Made by a program: the position numbers and the translations under genes. From Felis catus (Eukaryota): a stretch of 64,000 bases of DNA. Location: contig NC_058368.1 of NCBI RefSeq assembly GCF_018350175.1, positions 169,510,001 through 169,574,000 of the forward strand, in the 5' to 3' direction. Below are positions 39,056-51,170 of this stretch, piece by piece. Every line of letters begins with the position of its first letter. Position 1 is the first letter of the stretch. The notes under the pieces are model-generated. The model had not been told where the DNA came from, did no database searches, and saw only the letters and a program-made list of their open reading frames with translations.

Positions 39056-40083
39056 GTAAATACATAATTTCTCACAAACTTTTGCTGCGGTTCTGACGTG
39101 ACATTCTTGCTTTTCAACATTTTTTGCTCCAGCCAGTATATATTTTGAGGAAGTATTTTATTTAATCAATTTATTAATTGTACAAAGTTGTCTGAAAAAA
39201 TGAATTTTCTCCCAGGGCTGTCATGTTCGGTGTTAATAGCTAACACAGTGCTTGGTACATTGATTGCTGAGTGAACTATTATAACAGTATTTTTTACAGA
39301 TATTTGGTATGGAGTGGTAAATACAATTTATGGTTATGTTCTTTCTTAGCTCATTGTTTTACTTACCTTATTTTCATTAATCCCTGATCCTATTTTTAAA
39401 ATGAAGGAAGAAACTTAATTATTAACGATTTTACTGCAAACTGTTTACTAGTTATTTGTCATTGTGCTGGTCAGACTGTCTTATTTTAGCATTGTGGGTT
39501 TATGTTAAGGTAATTGGGAAGGGTGCTCAGGTGACCTAAAAATGGAGTGACTAATTGGTGGCTACCTCTCATTTAGAAAGAAATGTTTTGTGTTTTTATT
39601 GGTAATTATTTAATCAAGTCATCTGTTTTTAATAACCAAATATCAATAGATCAGTACCCACAATACCCAGATACACAGTGTATTCTTATGTTATATAACT
39701 TTTTACTATCTGAGAAATTTAGTATTTAAAAATTGTAGGGTCAAAGAATAATTGTAAAGGATGATTCATAATTTTAACTAGGTATTCTTTATTGAGATTA
39801 TTTAAAAATAAATGGAATAATAGTATTATAGAAAATACACAATTGCTGTAATAAAGTTGACATTTTGGTTAAGCATAGAATAAAGCCTTAGTTGGCTAAA
39901 TTTCTTCAAGAAGTAGAGACTTAAAACATATACAGTTCATACCTTAGAACAAGAAGATAAGTATTTTTTAGTTACAGTAAAGTATCACTGAAGTAATGGC
40001 AAAGAAATCCTATATTTCTTTTTTTTGGCCAGAAAAAGAAGGGATTAACTGGAACAGATAGTTTATGTCTTAACTTGAAAGTC

Positions 40084-40658
40084 CCTTCAGATTTTGTGTC
40101 TCCCTCTCTCTCTGTCTCTCCCCTGCTCCCACTCTGTTTCTCTCTCAAAATAAACATTAAAAAAAAAAATTAAAAAAAAAAAGCAGGGGGACTTCTGGGT
40201 GGCTCACTGGTTAAGCATCTGACTTTGGCTCAGGTCATGATCACCTGGTTCATGAATTCAAGTCCCACGTCAGGCTGTGTGCTGACAGCTCAGAGCCTGG
40301 AGCCTCCTTCATATTCTATGTCTCCCTGTCTCTCTCTGTCCCTCCCTCCTCTGCTGTCTCTCTCTCTCTAAAAAAAATAAATAAACATTAAAAAAAATTG
40401 GGGGGGGGCACCTGGGTGGCTCAGTTGGTTGGGCGTCCGACTTTGGCTCAGGTCATGATCTCATAGTTTGTGAGTTCGAGCCCCGTATCAGGCTCTGTGC
40501 TGACAGCTCGGAGCCTGAAGCCTGCTTTGGATTCTGTGTCTCCTCTTCTCTCTGCTTCTTCCCTGCTTATACTCTGTCTCTCTCTGTCTCTCAATAATAA
40601 ATAAACGTTAAAAAAATTTTTTTATTAAATATTTTTATTAAAAAAAATTTTTTTTAAA
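40084..40658 (+). mobile_element. Array of three same-strand CAN-SINEs: one 5'-truncated (about 40084-40182) and two full length (about 40186-40398 and 40400-40658)
   Basis: Three (CT)n plus aataaac..A-tail units and two tRNA-like heads. gaaagtc flanks the whole array at 40077 and 40659. Confidence 0.93.
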
Positions 40659-43239
40659 GAAAGTCTTGTTGCAGTCTTAAAAGCTTTCAGATTGTCAGGT
40701 CATGAAAGAGTAATGATACTGCAACTACTAAATGTTTTCTTTGTCTTAAAATAAGTAAATATTTGGGGTTACATGGCTATTTCTTAAATATTGTGCCCCT
40801 AATAAATTGTGGTATCCATAAATCTCTTTGGCTTTAAGCCTAATTCTCTTAACTTTTCCTCCTTTTTGTATTTTGGTGGGGAAAGATCTTTGTTTCTGCT
40901 ACCGTAAAAAATGTTATGCTTGCTGTAAGCAATTCATGCCCCTTCTTTACCCCATTCGTCTTCCTTTGGGTGCATGGAAGGGTGTGTGGGATGGAGCCAC
41001 AGTGAGTGAGAAACCCTGTGGCTTCTCTTTTTCCTCTACTGTCCTTGCTTTAACTAGCAGTGATATTTAGTCCTACTTATGCTGGAGGAAGAAAGGAGAT
41101 ACAGGTGTATTAACTAAGGAATATGTTTTTTGGCTTTGATATTGAGGAGATCTAATCGAATTTTTGAGACTATTAGTAAAATTGTCACTTTTTAATATTT
41201 CCTTTAAAACAGTTTGTATTTAAACAGTGTTCTTCATCTTAATATTACTTCTTCACAGTTCTTTTCTGTCAAACGTCAGTGCTACTACTATTTCTGTGGT
41301 TAGGTGAATTGGGGCACTTAACAATTGTCGAATTCTTACTTTTATCTCTTTTGTACTTGAGGACCTCATGAATAGAACTACTTACTCTTCTGGTTTTAAA
41401 ATCTATATTTTACTTGTTAGCCACAAATACTGAGTCACTGTCAGTAATATCACTGAAGAATGAGGAATGATGGTAACCTTTAAAATGGAAGAGTTTGATA
41501 GCTTTATTTAGCAGGTACTGAAAGTGAAATAAATGTTTGCACTTCTCAGTCTTTGAGTTAGAAGTTTCAGAAGTATGGTCACACATTTTTCTCATATTCT
41601 TCATGAATCTTACATAATCATCTAAGGCTTAGCATTATTTTGATTATAAGCATAGTTCTTATTTAAGTAACAAATTACTAATTAACTAAAACATGCATTC
41701 TCAATGAGGGAGACGTCCTTCTTAGGAGGGTAAAAATCGGTTCTTAGAGTTTGAAAAAAAAGTACTATTTTTTTAAATATATAAAAATAGCATAAAAATG
41801 GTATGTAATAGTGGATAACAGACATACATTTAAGTGTTATATTAAAGTTGTATGAGGGGGATGAGTAGCAAAAAATGTCTCAAAAGAGTCTTCAAGGAAT
41901 TATGATGTAAAAAGGATGAGAAACCCATAGTTTCTAAACCCATAGTTTCGGTAACACATGTAAATGAATTTGATCATGTTGTTGGCAACATTAGTTATAG
42001 CTATGTAACTTAACGTACTTTAGTTTGTGAGTGTTTAAAAAGTAGTCCATAATCTGCTCACAGTGATGTAATATATGTCCATGTACCTGCTTGAGTCCAC
42101 AAGGTTACGTAAGCTATTATAGTGTATGCATTTGTAGTCTGTGTGGAAAGCAGGTACAACAAGAGTTAAAAGTTAGGGCACCCTGAACAAGTCATAAATT
42201 TTCTAGCCTTAAATAATCCTTAAAGGCGCAGAGATGTTTCTTTTTCTCTCTGCACACATATAATTGCCTAAAGAAACAATTGTAAAAAGCTTTAATACAA
42301 AGATTTAGAGGATTAGGAGTGCAGAGGACATACAGAATGGAAGGTAAACTTTTGAGACATGCAGGGATTTCAGTCTTGGTTTGGCATTTGGTCCTTCAGG
42401 CAGGATGGAAACAAATGTTGCCATAGCTCAGGCCAGCAAGTTGTGTGTTCTGACAGTGTATAAAGGAATTTTTTTTTTTTAAGTGGATAGTTTGAAATGC
42501 CACCAAGTATACAACTAAAATTACATTGAGATAACTTCTGTAAATCTGCAAATTTAATTTTTCAAGTAGAAAATTTTTTTAGTTTGAGAGTAATTTATTC
42601 AAATCAATTATAATTTACCATTAAGTACTATTAATTTTAAGCCAGGCACTTATTGGTAAGGGATCTTATGTCTCTTTTGGCCCGAAAAAAAAGGGCTTAA
42701 TTTTAAAAGAAACCATCAAGCATGTGGAGATACAAAAGAAGTCAGTGCTTTGGACTTGGGTGACTTCAGACAACCAGATATAAAAAACACTTAATCCCAC
42801 AAAAGGCACTTGATACCCCCATTGCCATTTGCTTGTTGAATGGTTCTCCCTGGATGGCTGCCCAGCACTTCTAATTTAATTTCCTCTGGTTTTCTCCATG
42901 CATACTTCCTTTTGGGTCACAATCTTTATTAATAGTATCCTTCTCTTTTTGGTTGTCTAGGTTCTAAAACCCCAGAACCCACTTTGACTTCTACCTTTTC
43001 TTGCTCTTTAAGTGTCAGGGACTGGAGAGTCTTTTGGATTTTCCCCTCTACTCATCTCTGACATCCATCATCTCCTGCCTTCCTGTTACTTTTTGGTTTC
43101 AAGCCACTTTTTTTTTTTTACGTTTTACTTGAACCACTGCAATGCCTTCCTGCTCTTTTGTTATCAGTTTCTCTCTGCCTCTAATTTATTGCATGTAGTT
43201 GTCACAGGAATCAACCCACAGCAGAACCCTGAGAAAGTC

Positions 43240-43570
43240 ACCTGAGTGAAAGCGGCAAGGCTTCTAGGACTTAGCCTCAGAAGTCCTAGGAGGTCCTTCC
43301 CACTACATTCTTAGTCAAGCAAGTCATTAAGGTCAGTCGAGATTCAAGGGGAGGAAATTCTTCTCCATTACATGATGTGAGGAGCATATATAGGAAGCAG
43401 AGGGAATGATGGAAGTCATCTTGAAGTCTGTCTACTACAGTTTACCCACTGGCCACTCCAGTGCACATACCTACCATATGTACAGTATTCCCCCTCCCCT
43501 CTAGATGCCCAAAGTGTCATCCCATTATGACAGGGGCCCTAAATGGTCGTCTAAATCAGGTCCAAAATGA
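43240..43570. mobile_element. Probable MaLR (MLT1) LTR remnant
   Basis: cttagcctcagaagtc...cactacattcttagtcaagcaagtcattaaggtcagtcgagattcaaggggaggaaatt...gtcatcttgaag. Confidence 0.6.
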
Positions 43571-46500
43571 CTTACTCATATAGTTGTGAATGGATTTTGT
43601 CTTATTTCTGTCAGCATAATTATTTGAGGTTAAGTCTGCTAGATTGTAAACTCCTTGATGGTAGGAACTATTTCTTTTATTTATTTCCCCCAACATACCT
43701 TCGGAAGTTTATTCAACATAGCAAGAATTGAATAAAGACTTGTTGAAATACAATTAATTATTGATTGAAGAGAATATTGAACTTTAGACACCAGATGTGC
43801 ATACGACATGGCTCACATTGTATGTGAAAATGTGGTATCCTGGCATATATTTTCCCTAAATAGTTCTTTCATCTAATATTTGGAGTCTGGATGCCAGAGG
43901 GTTTCCAAATACACTACTACTGCAAGCAAAAATAAACAACAGTTAGGAAGAGCTTTGAATTTGCTCAACATTTGGACAACTGCTCACTTGAGATTTTAGA
44001 GTTTCATACCATGAGACCTGAAAAATTTTAGGTTGCATCTCAGCATCATTGTATTCTTACAGAAGTAACTCCGTTGAGATTGCATTCTTCGAGGCTCTTT
44101 GCACTGAGTGGGTTCAAAAGATACTGAATGAGTTGACTTGATCAGATCAGTTTTTACACATAAGACTTTCTGTTGTTGACAAAGAGGATTTGCCTGATCC
44201 CACATTTTGTGTTTTTGATGTTATCACAAATAGTTCTTCTCACAATAATTACCTATAGTGTAATGAGGTTCAAGACTTGAAATCATTTTCTCATCGGTTA
44301 CCATGTCATCAATGTATTTTTATACCAAGTCACACTCAGAAAGTATCTAAGAAAAGTATCTGATATCCCTAACAGTTGTTTCAGCTTAAGTTTTAAGTGA
44401 AGAAAAGGAGAGATAGAATTCTAACTGCTCAGATTCTGTCAGTATTATCTATTATAATACAGACCTGGTAGAAGCATTTGTACAGAACTGAACTGAGATT
44501 CCATGACTTGAACCAGAGTGGTTTTAATATGAACACCTGGAGTCTGTTGAGAGAGCCATGAACGTCAAGATGGAGCTTGACTTGTGCCTCATGGCTTTTC
44601 TTGGGGGAGATTAACAGTGATACCTAGTGTAAGAACTGTGCTTGTTGCTCGTGGATTGTAATAGTGAGAGCTCAAATCTTGTCATGTACTAGAAAACTAG
44701 TACAGAAATACCTTCACCTTAGTTAGCAAGAAAATGTACAAAGTCAGGAAGATTGAGGATTTCCATTCTTGAAAATTGCGGGCTGCATTTTAATATTATC
44801 CTAAGGGAATTCAAGGTAATAATAGAATACATGATTTGACTAGGATTTGACACTCTGGACCTTTTGCAGGTTCTATTAGTATGAGAGTAGCTGAAATGTC
44901 CTTTTCTTTTAAAGCTACTTTAGAATTTTCTTTTAATGGGGGAATTGTTAACTGACAGCAGTGGAGAATCTCAAAAATAAAAAACTGAGCTGTTCTAGTC
45001 TAGTGTAGGTCTTTGTGGGTATTAATAGTCTAGTCTGTTTAAGAATTAATACTCACTAATGGATTTGAAGGATGAGTTCCTAAACTCTCTTCTGAGTTGC
45101 TTTTCTGTTTAAGTATTAATTGCTTGTGAAAGGTGTTTGTGTATTTTCATCTGTTGCATCTGAGTTATATTTTATTAATTTTGACTTCTTCATGATACAG
45201 ATTGACCAGTTCTCCAATTATCCAGAAATACATTTCAGGCTGTGTGTAATCTGGGATATTTTTAGAAAGGATGTTATATTGAAAAGACTTCAGTAGAATA
45301 TAGTATATTACTTGAAGTAACTGAAAGTTTCTTAGGGAGTTGGAGATAGCTTCAATAGATATATTAGTTAATTTTATGTTAGAACTTATTTTTGAGCAAT
45401 CATGTCTGGATACCAACATCAAGTACTGTTTTTTGGTGTTTGCCATTCCAAATCAATCATCTGCCAGCTTGTATGTTGCCTGGTATTTCCCCCCCACTGC
45501 ACCCAGGGAAATATAAAGGTCTTTGGGGGAGGGACAAGGAGAAAAGACTCTACCTTTTCCCATGATTGTCTTACTACTCTTAACATTTCTATTTTTTTAT
45601 GATACCAGACATGATGAGTTATTAATTCCTGAAATACTGTTTCAACCTTACATTGACTTAGATGAATAACACCTATTATATTAAAAAACAAAAAAGTTGA
45701 CACTTTCATTTTATGTGATGGCTGATTAGGGACCCTGAGACTGACTCTCTCAATTTCCTGTTGAAACTCATGAAAACAAAGATGATGATGAACAATCAGA
45801 GGAACACCAAACCTTGGCTTGACGGTCAACCTATTGCCACAATTTAAGATATCCACAAACTATAAAGTTGATCGACTAGACTGAAAAATGCAATTATTCA
45901 CTGACCAGTGGTAAACAGTTAGAAATAAAAGCAACATTGCAGGTCTCTAGAAGCAGATATGGGGATTGATTCCTTTTCCTTTTTATAATGTCTACTCCCA
46001 CAGCTTTGAAATTCCGGTATTTTACCAACCAGACAAGAGGACTAATATTTTAATACAGGGACAGTGCTGTTTTTTGAGGCTGTTAAGGAGATGGGTAGCT
46101 ATTATTTTCATTCTCTCTGCCTAAGATTTTTGTTAACCAGTCTCCATTTAATTAGCCAACTAGATCAGTTGATTCTTTCCATTCCTTTTTGGTGCCCATC
46201 GTACCTTGACCTTGTCATCAATAAGCTGCTAGCTAGGGAAACAAGTATAATTCTCTCCCTCTGTAGTTCAGTTGAGTTGTATGATTATCACGAATCGATT
46301 ATTTATTCCCAGATCAGTTGATCTTGTTACTTTTCCTGCATGATTTGATTACTTTTTATTAAACTGATGAATTATACAAAAAGTTTGCTTTTATACATGA
46401 AGTTGGAGATTTTCAACAAAGGTAAGTCACTGATCGGTGAGATGCCTATAAAATATTTGGGAAGAAAATCATAAAGATGGAGAAGCAGTCTGTACTCCTG

Positions 46501-47599
46501 TTGCCTAATTTTTTTTTTAAATGTTGAAGTTCTTGGTCTACTTTACAAAAACCTAAGCTGGAAACCGTACATGATCAATCACATGATGATTGTGTAGTAG
46601 GTACGATCCAGGAATTAGTGGTCCCATAGTCAAAGTAGCTTTGCTGTTGTATCAGTAGATTAGGAAATTATATATATGTAAAACATACATGAATATGTGT
46701 TATTGAGTCATATATGTATAACTTTAAAATGTCCTACTTTACCTTTGACTTTCAAGTCAATTTTATCTCTTTCAATTAACAGATCTATTGCCAGCCTTAA
46801 TCACAATAAGGGGGCTTCCATTGTGTCTGTATTTTACAACCAATTTGGAGACTCAATCTGACAGAAATAAAATAGGCAGAAACAAATGGGGAACTGATGG
46901 TAGAGCACTGACCTAGGAAAGTACCCATTTATGGAAATTGCTACTGACAGTGGCACGGGCCAGAAAGATACTGTGATATTCTTTGCTGAAGAAAGAATCT
47001 CTCCATTTGTTCACCAGAGCTGGCATAAAAGAATGAATACTACAGCCATAGCCACCTTGATTGATTGGCCTTTTGGACCTTTTGCATTCAGGCTACCTCT
47101 ATGCATCTGGACTTCTATTCCTTATTTTATAATTTATGTTATTATATGTATATTATATTATTTATATATGTATTATATATATGGTAAAACGTATTCAGTG
47201 TTCTCCATCACTGCATTTTCTTTACCTCCTTCAAGCGTTGTTAACAAACTGGTTATTTTATTTTTCTTTCTTGCTGTCCATCTCTCTTGCTAAAATATTA
47301 GCTCTATGGTGGCAGGGAACTTACTTGCTTTTGAATCCCCTGGCAAATACTTGGCACATTATAGGTGCTCAACAAATACTTGTCAAAAAAAAACTAACTC
47401 TGGAATAAGAGAGGGAGTTCAGCCAATCCCAGAATAAAGACCAAGGGTACCTTTAGCATACACAGAGTCTGGGTAGATGTCTACTTCTGAGAGGGTAGGG
47501 AAGTAAATGGAAAGTTACCATAGGAAAGCTGTGCAAAGGCCCTACAGAATGACAAAAAGTAGGGGTACAAGAAGACTTGGGAGAACGATTTGCCTTTTA

Positions 47600-48400
47600 A
47601 AATGATTTGTAACAGAGACTAGGAAAACATTTCACAAAGACCTCTTTGGTGTTCTCAAAAAGTTTGAGTCATGATCTCTAAGAAGCCTGAAACAGAACGC
47701 GGAGAGCTGAAATAAAAAGATGGCGAGCCGGCATGGGGGAGCCACAAAAGGAAAGGTTATTGGTGGGGGTGCAATGAGAGAGTATCTTCATTATTTGTAC
47801 TGAAGAGTGAGGCTGACATTGTGCAAGCGTGTCCAGTGATATGACAGAAAAAACCCATGAGACGCTTTGCCAGAATGCAGCGCCAAGGAAGACAAGTGGA
47901 AACAACAGGACAGAAGATGATAGGCATGGAAGGCAAGATTTTAACAAAAGACTTAGAGATTTTCTTCGGGAAAAAAATGGAGCAGAGGCAACGATCAAAG
48001 ATACAATTGATGAAAAGTTTTCTGAGCCGAGAAGGTCTTGCTTTATAGATGAAAAGGGTGAAGTTCTGGGTAATACAAATGAAAAGAGAGTCACCCCTGG
48101 TGTGTCTTGCTAACTTAGTTCAATTTAAAGGAAAAGGACATATTGTAAAAGTACCCAAGCAAAAAGACAGATCATGTATAATATGGAACAAAAGCTAGAC
48201 TGACTTAGGTTTCTTCTCGGTAATGACAAGTCTGTGGAGGTTTGAAATCATTTTATACTCACAGTTCTCTTTCATATGTGAAGGCAACAAAAAAAGACAT
48301 TTTCAAATATGAAAACACCTATAAAAATGTACCACAGGTACTCTTTAAAAATTTTCTGGATAAAGTCAACTCAGCTGACTAATGTGTGAATCAAAAGTAA
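47600..48400 (+). mobile_element. Decayed L1 ORF1-like (L1M/HAL1-type) fragment
   Basis: ORF 47829..48113 contains ATIKDTIDEKFSEP...GNTNEKRVTPG, resembling L1 ORF1p IIxENFPEL...INxKRxTPRHI. Frameshifted. Confidence 0.6.
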
Positions 48401-48884
48401 GAAGGCACTGGAAGTAAGGAGACGTCATGAATCCAAATCATTGTTGTAAATTTGGTTACCGAAACTGAAGGTAAATGTGTACTGTAGAAAAATCTACAGG
48501 AATACAGATGTGTAGCTTGAGATTATGTTAACATCTGAAAGAGGTGGAGAGTCAAGAGCATATAAGAGATCTTAAATAAATAATTGTTTTGCCTCAGGAA
48601 GATTTAAAAGATAAAAGCTCCTGGTAAGAGTGATATTTCCGACTCCATTGCCTTCATTTATTGTCAGCGTACCGTTGACTCACCACGTGTATATCTCTAT
48701 TGAGAAAAGTCTCTGGAGTTCTGCCCATGGGCCAGGTGGATAGCTCCATTGAGATGGCTCACTTGTACCTCCATCTCAGTGTTCTCTAAAACAGAACTCC
48801 TAGTCTCTACTCATACCCACTCTGTGGTCCCAAGCACTTAAATAAAATGTCAGCTTTGTCCTCCACTTACTTGGGCCTCAATTT

Positions 48885-49083
48885 AATTTTTTTTAAATGT
48901 TTTTATTTATTTTTGAAGGAGAGAGAGAGAGACGGAGCATGAGTGGGGAGGGGCAGAGAGAGGGAGACACAGAATTCGAAGCTGTCAGCCCAGAGCCCGA
49001 TGGGGGGCTTGAACTCACGAACCGTGAGATCATGACCTAAGCGGAAGTCATACGTTCAACCAAATGAGCCACCCAGGCTCCTC
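48885..49083 (-). mobile_element. CAN-SINE with a small internal deletion
   Basis: Antisense copy. 16-bp TSD acttgggcctcaattt. Confidence 0.94.
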
Positions 49084-49700
49084 AACTTGGGCCTCAATTT
49101 TAGAGTGAGCGTGTATTCAGTTTTTCATTAGTGGTCCTCTTTGATTCTCAAAGGTATATTCATTTGGATAATAAATTTCAGGATTGCCCTGGTCATCTTT
49201 GTCTCTTTTCATTCTACTTTCTAAATGTATTGCAGTTTTGTCCACTTCTCCTTATCTTCAGTGCCAGTACCCTATTTTAGGTTGTTACTGTCTCTCCCCT
49301 GGATGATGGTGACACCCCAGTGGCAGACGTCCTTCCCTCCTACATTTGTTGGAGGAATTAAATAAGTTTACCTATATGAACTTAATAGTATAGAATGTAG
49401 TACTTCGTAGGCCTATAACAGATACTAGCAATGATGTTCTAACTTCTCTGTTCAAAACTCTTCTTTTCTCCATTGCCTTAAGGATAAACTCACAGACTCT
49501 TTAACTTGAATCATGTGTCTGCATTTTGGTGTCTCGCGTCATCTTTCACATCACCTCAGCCTGCACTATGTGCTTCAGCCCTTCAACTATCAATTCTCTT
49601 GACATACTGTGTTCTCTTACTTCTAGAGTATTGCTGCCTAGAAACAAAACAAAACAAAAACCCTTCTCACCACATCCCCAATCATATACACACACGCACG

Positions 49701-49702
<2 letters not shown>

Positions 49703-49747
<45 letters not shown>
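49703..49747. repeat. (CA)n microsatellite
   Basis: Perfect run of about 22 units. Confidence 0.97.
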
Positions 49748-49749
<2 letters not shown>

Positions 49750-50669
49750 TTCCTGATTATCTTTTTAGAACTCAATTTAGATGTTACATTCCTGGAACCT
49801 TTTTCTGATACCCTTGAGTTAGACTAGGTGGCACTCTTACGTGCTCCCATGTGACTATGTGTTTAACCACTGTTGTCCAACTTAGCACCTATGTAATATT
49901 CTGCTGAAGGAACTTGCTATAAATCCCATGAAGGCGTAGGTTGGATTTTGCTCACCATCCTAACGTGACACCTGGCAATCTTTCTGGAAGGTAACCTAGT
50001 AATATGTGCCAGGTGCATTCAAATTAGGCATTGCACTGGAAGAAATGTATCCTGCAGAAATAATCCTATATAGAGGTGAAGAGAACTGTGGGCAAAATAT
50101 GTCTCTCAGCTTTATCATCCAAACAAATACTTCAAATGTTTAAAATACTTAAATGTTCATCAATAACCAGAAGGGATTGGGCAAATACTCTTATGTTCAT
50201 AAAATTCTATATGAAGTTTAAAATAATGCCTACATTAGCATATCTTTTTGTATTAAATTAAAGAGAGCATAGGTTTGGTAAATTCTGAGGTTTGAGCTTA
50301 AGTTTTTATGAAATCTGCCTTTCAACTTCCATGGAGAAAATGAAGAAGACTTGCTTGAATTGAAGATGTTACAAATGGTTGAATGAAATGAGGAAGAAGT
50401 GCTTCATATGGTGGAGGTGTTTGCTGAATTGGTAACTAAAAATTCAGGTAGAGAAGGTAGCAATTATGAGAAGTTATGTGTAGTATTTGATAGGCAGTTA
50501 AGGACAGATTTAAAATTAAGCAGCCCTCTAAGGAAAAGTATGTCTATAGTGATCAATCTTTATGGGAAATTTTTTGCATTAGAAGAATCATCTTGCATTC
50601 AGTGCTATCTTCTTTTAAGATTAATATGAGTTCTTGGTACTTCAGCATCGTTTCTTGTGGGTATAGTGT

Positions 50670-51170
50670 TTCTCTTCAGATTGTATTCAACTGCAGATAA
50701 CGAAAACCTTACTACATTGGCTTCACAAGAAAGCAGTTTATTTTTCTTAGGTATGAGTTTCAAAGTAGGTAGTTCAGGACTTGTGATGTGTTCCCTGAGG
50801 TCATTAAAGGACTGGGCCCCTTTTACCTTTCAGCCCTGCCTCAGCCTGTGGCAGTTGTTCTCATGGTCTCAAGGTTGTGCCTGCTTCTCCAGACATTGCA
50901 TTGTGTTCCAGCCAGGAGCAGGGAGGAGGAGCAGAGGATGAAAGTTATGCCACTTGAGTCTGCTGACTTTTACTAAATTGAAGATACAATAATTTTCTGG
51001 GAAGCTCCACTTTGTGAATTCTAGTTGCATTTCATTGGCCAGAACTGTGTTATGTGGCCATCTCAAGTATGGGGAATCAAGGGCTTTTTTTTTTTTTTTT
51101 TTTTGTAAGTTAAAGTTATTGTCATCCTCAGTAAAAGAAAATATGAAAACAGCTTGTGGGTAGACAGCTA
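50670..51170. mobile_element. Probable old MaLR (MLT1J-like) LTR
   Basis: cagattgtattcaactgcagataac...ctcatggtctcaaggttgtgcctgc...catttcattggccagaactgtgttatgtggcca. Confidence 0.6.

Noticed and set aside
40020..42700. Similar short motifs ttttggcc.gaaaaa..aaggg.ttaa at about 40023 and 42675, superficially like a U2 snRNA 5' fragment
   Set aside because: Match is under 30 bp, low complexity, does not extend, and lacks the rest of the U2 sequence.
45419..45856. 145-aa minus-strand ORF and a coding-looking purine-rich stretch near 45730-45840
   Set aside because: No recognisable protein similarity or convincing splice sites. The length is compatible with chance or a decayed repeat.
47678..48113. 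Overlapping ORFs suggesting a nested gene or processed pseudogene
   Set aside because: Better explained as a decayed L1/HAL1 ORF1-like remnant.
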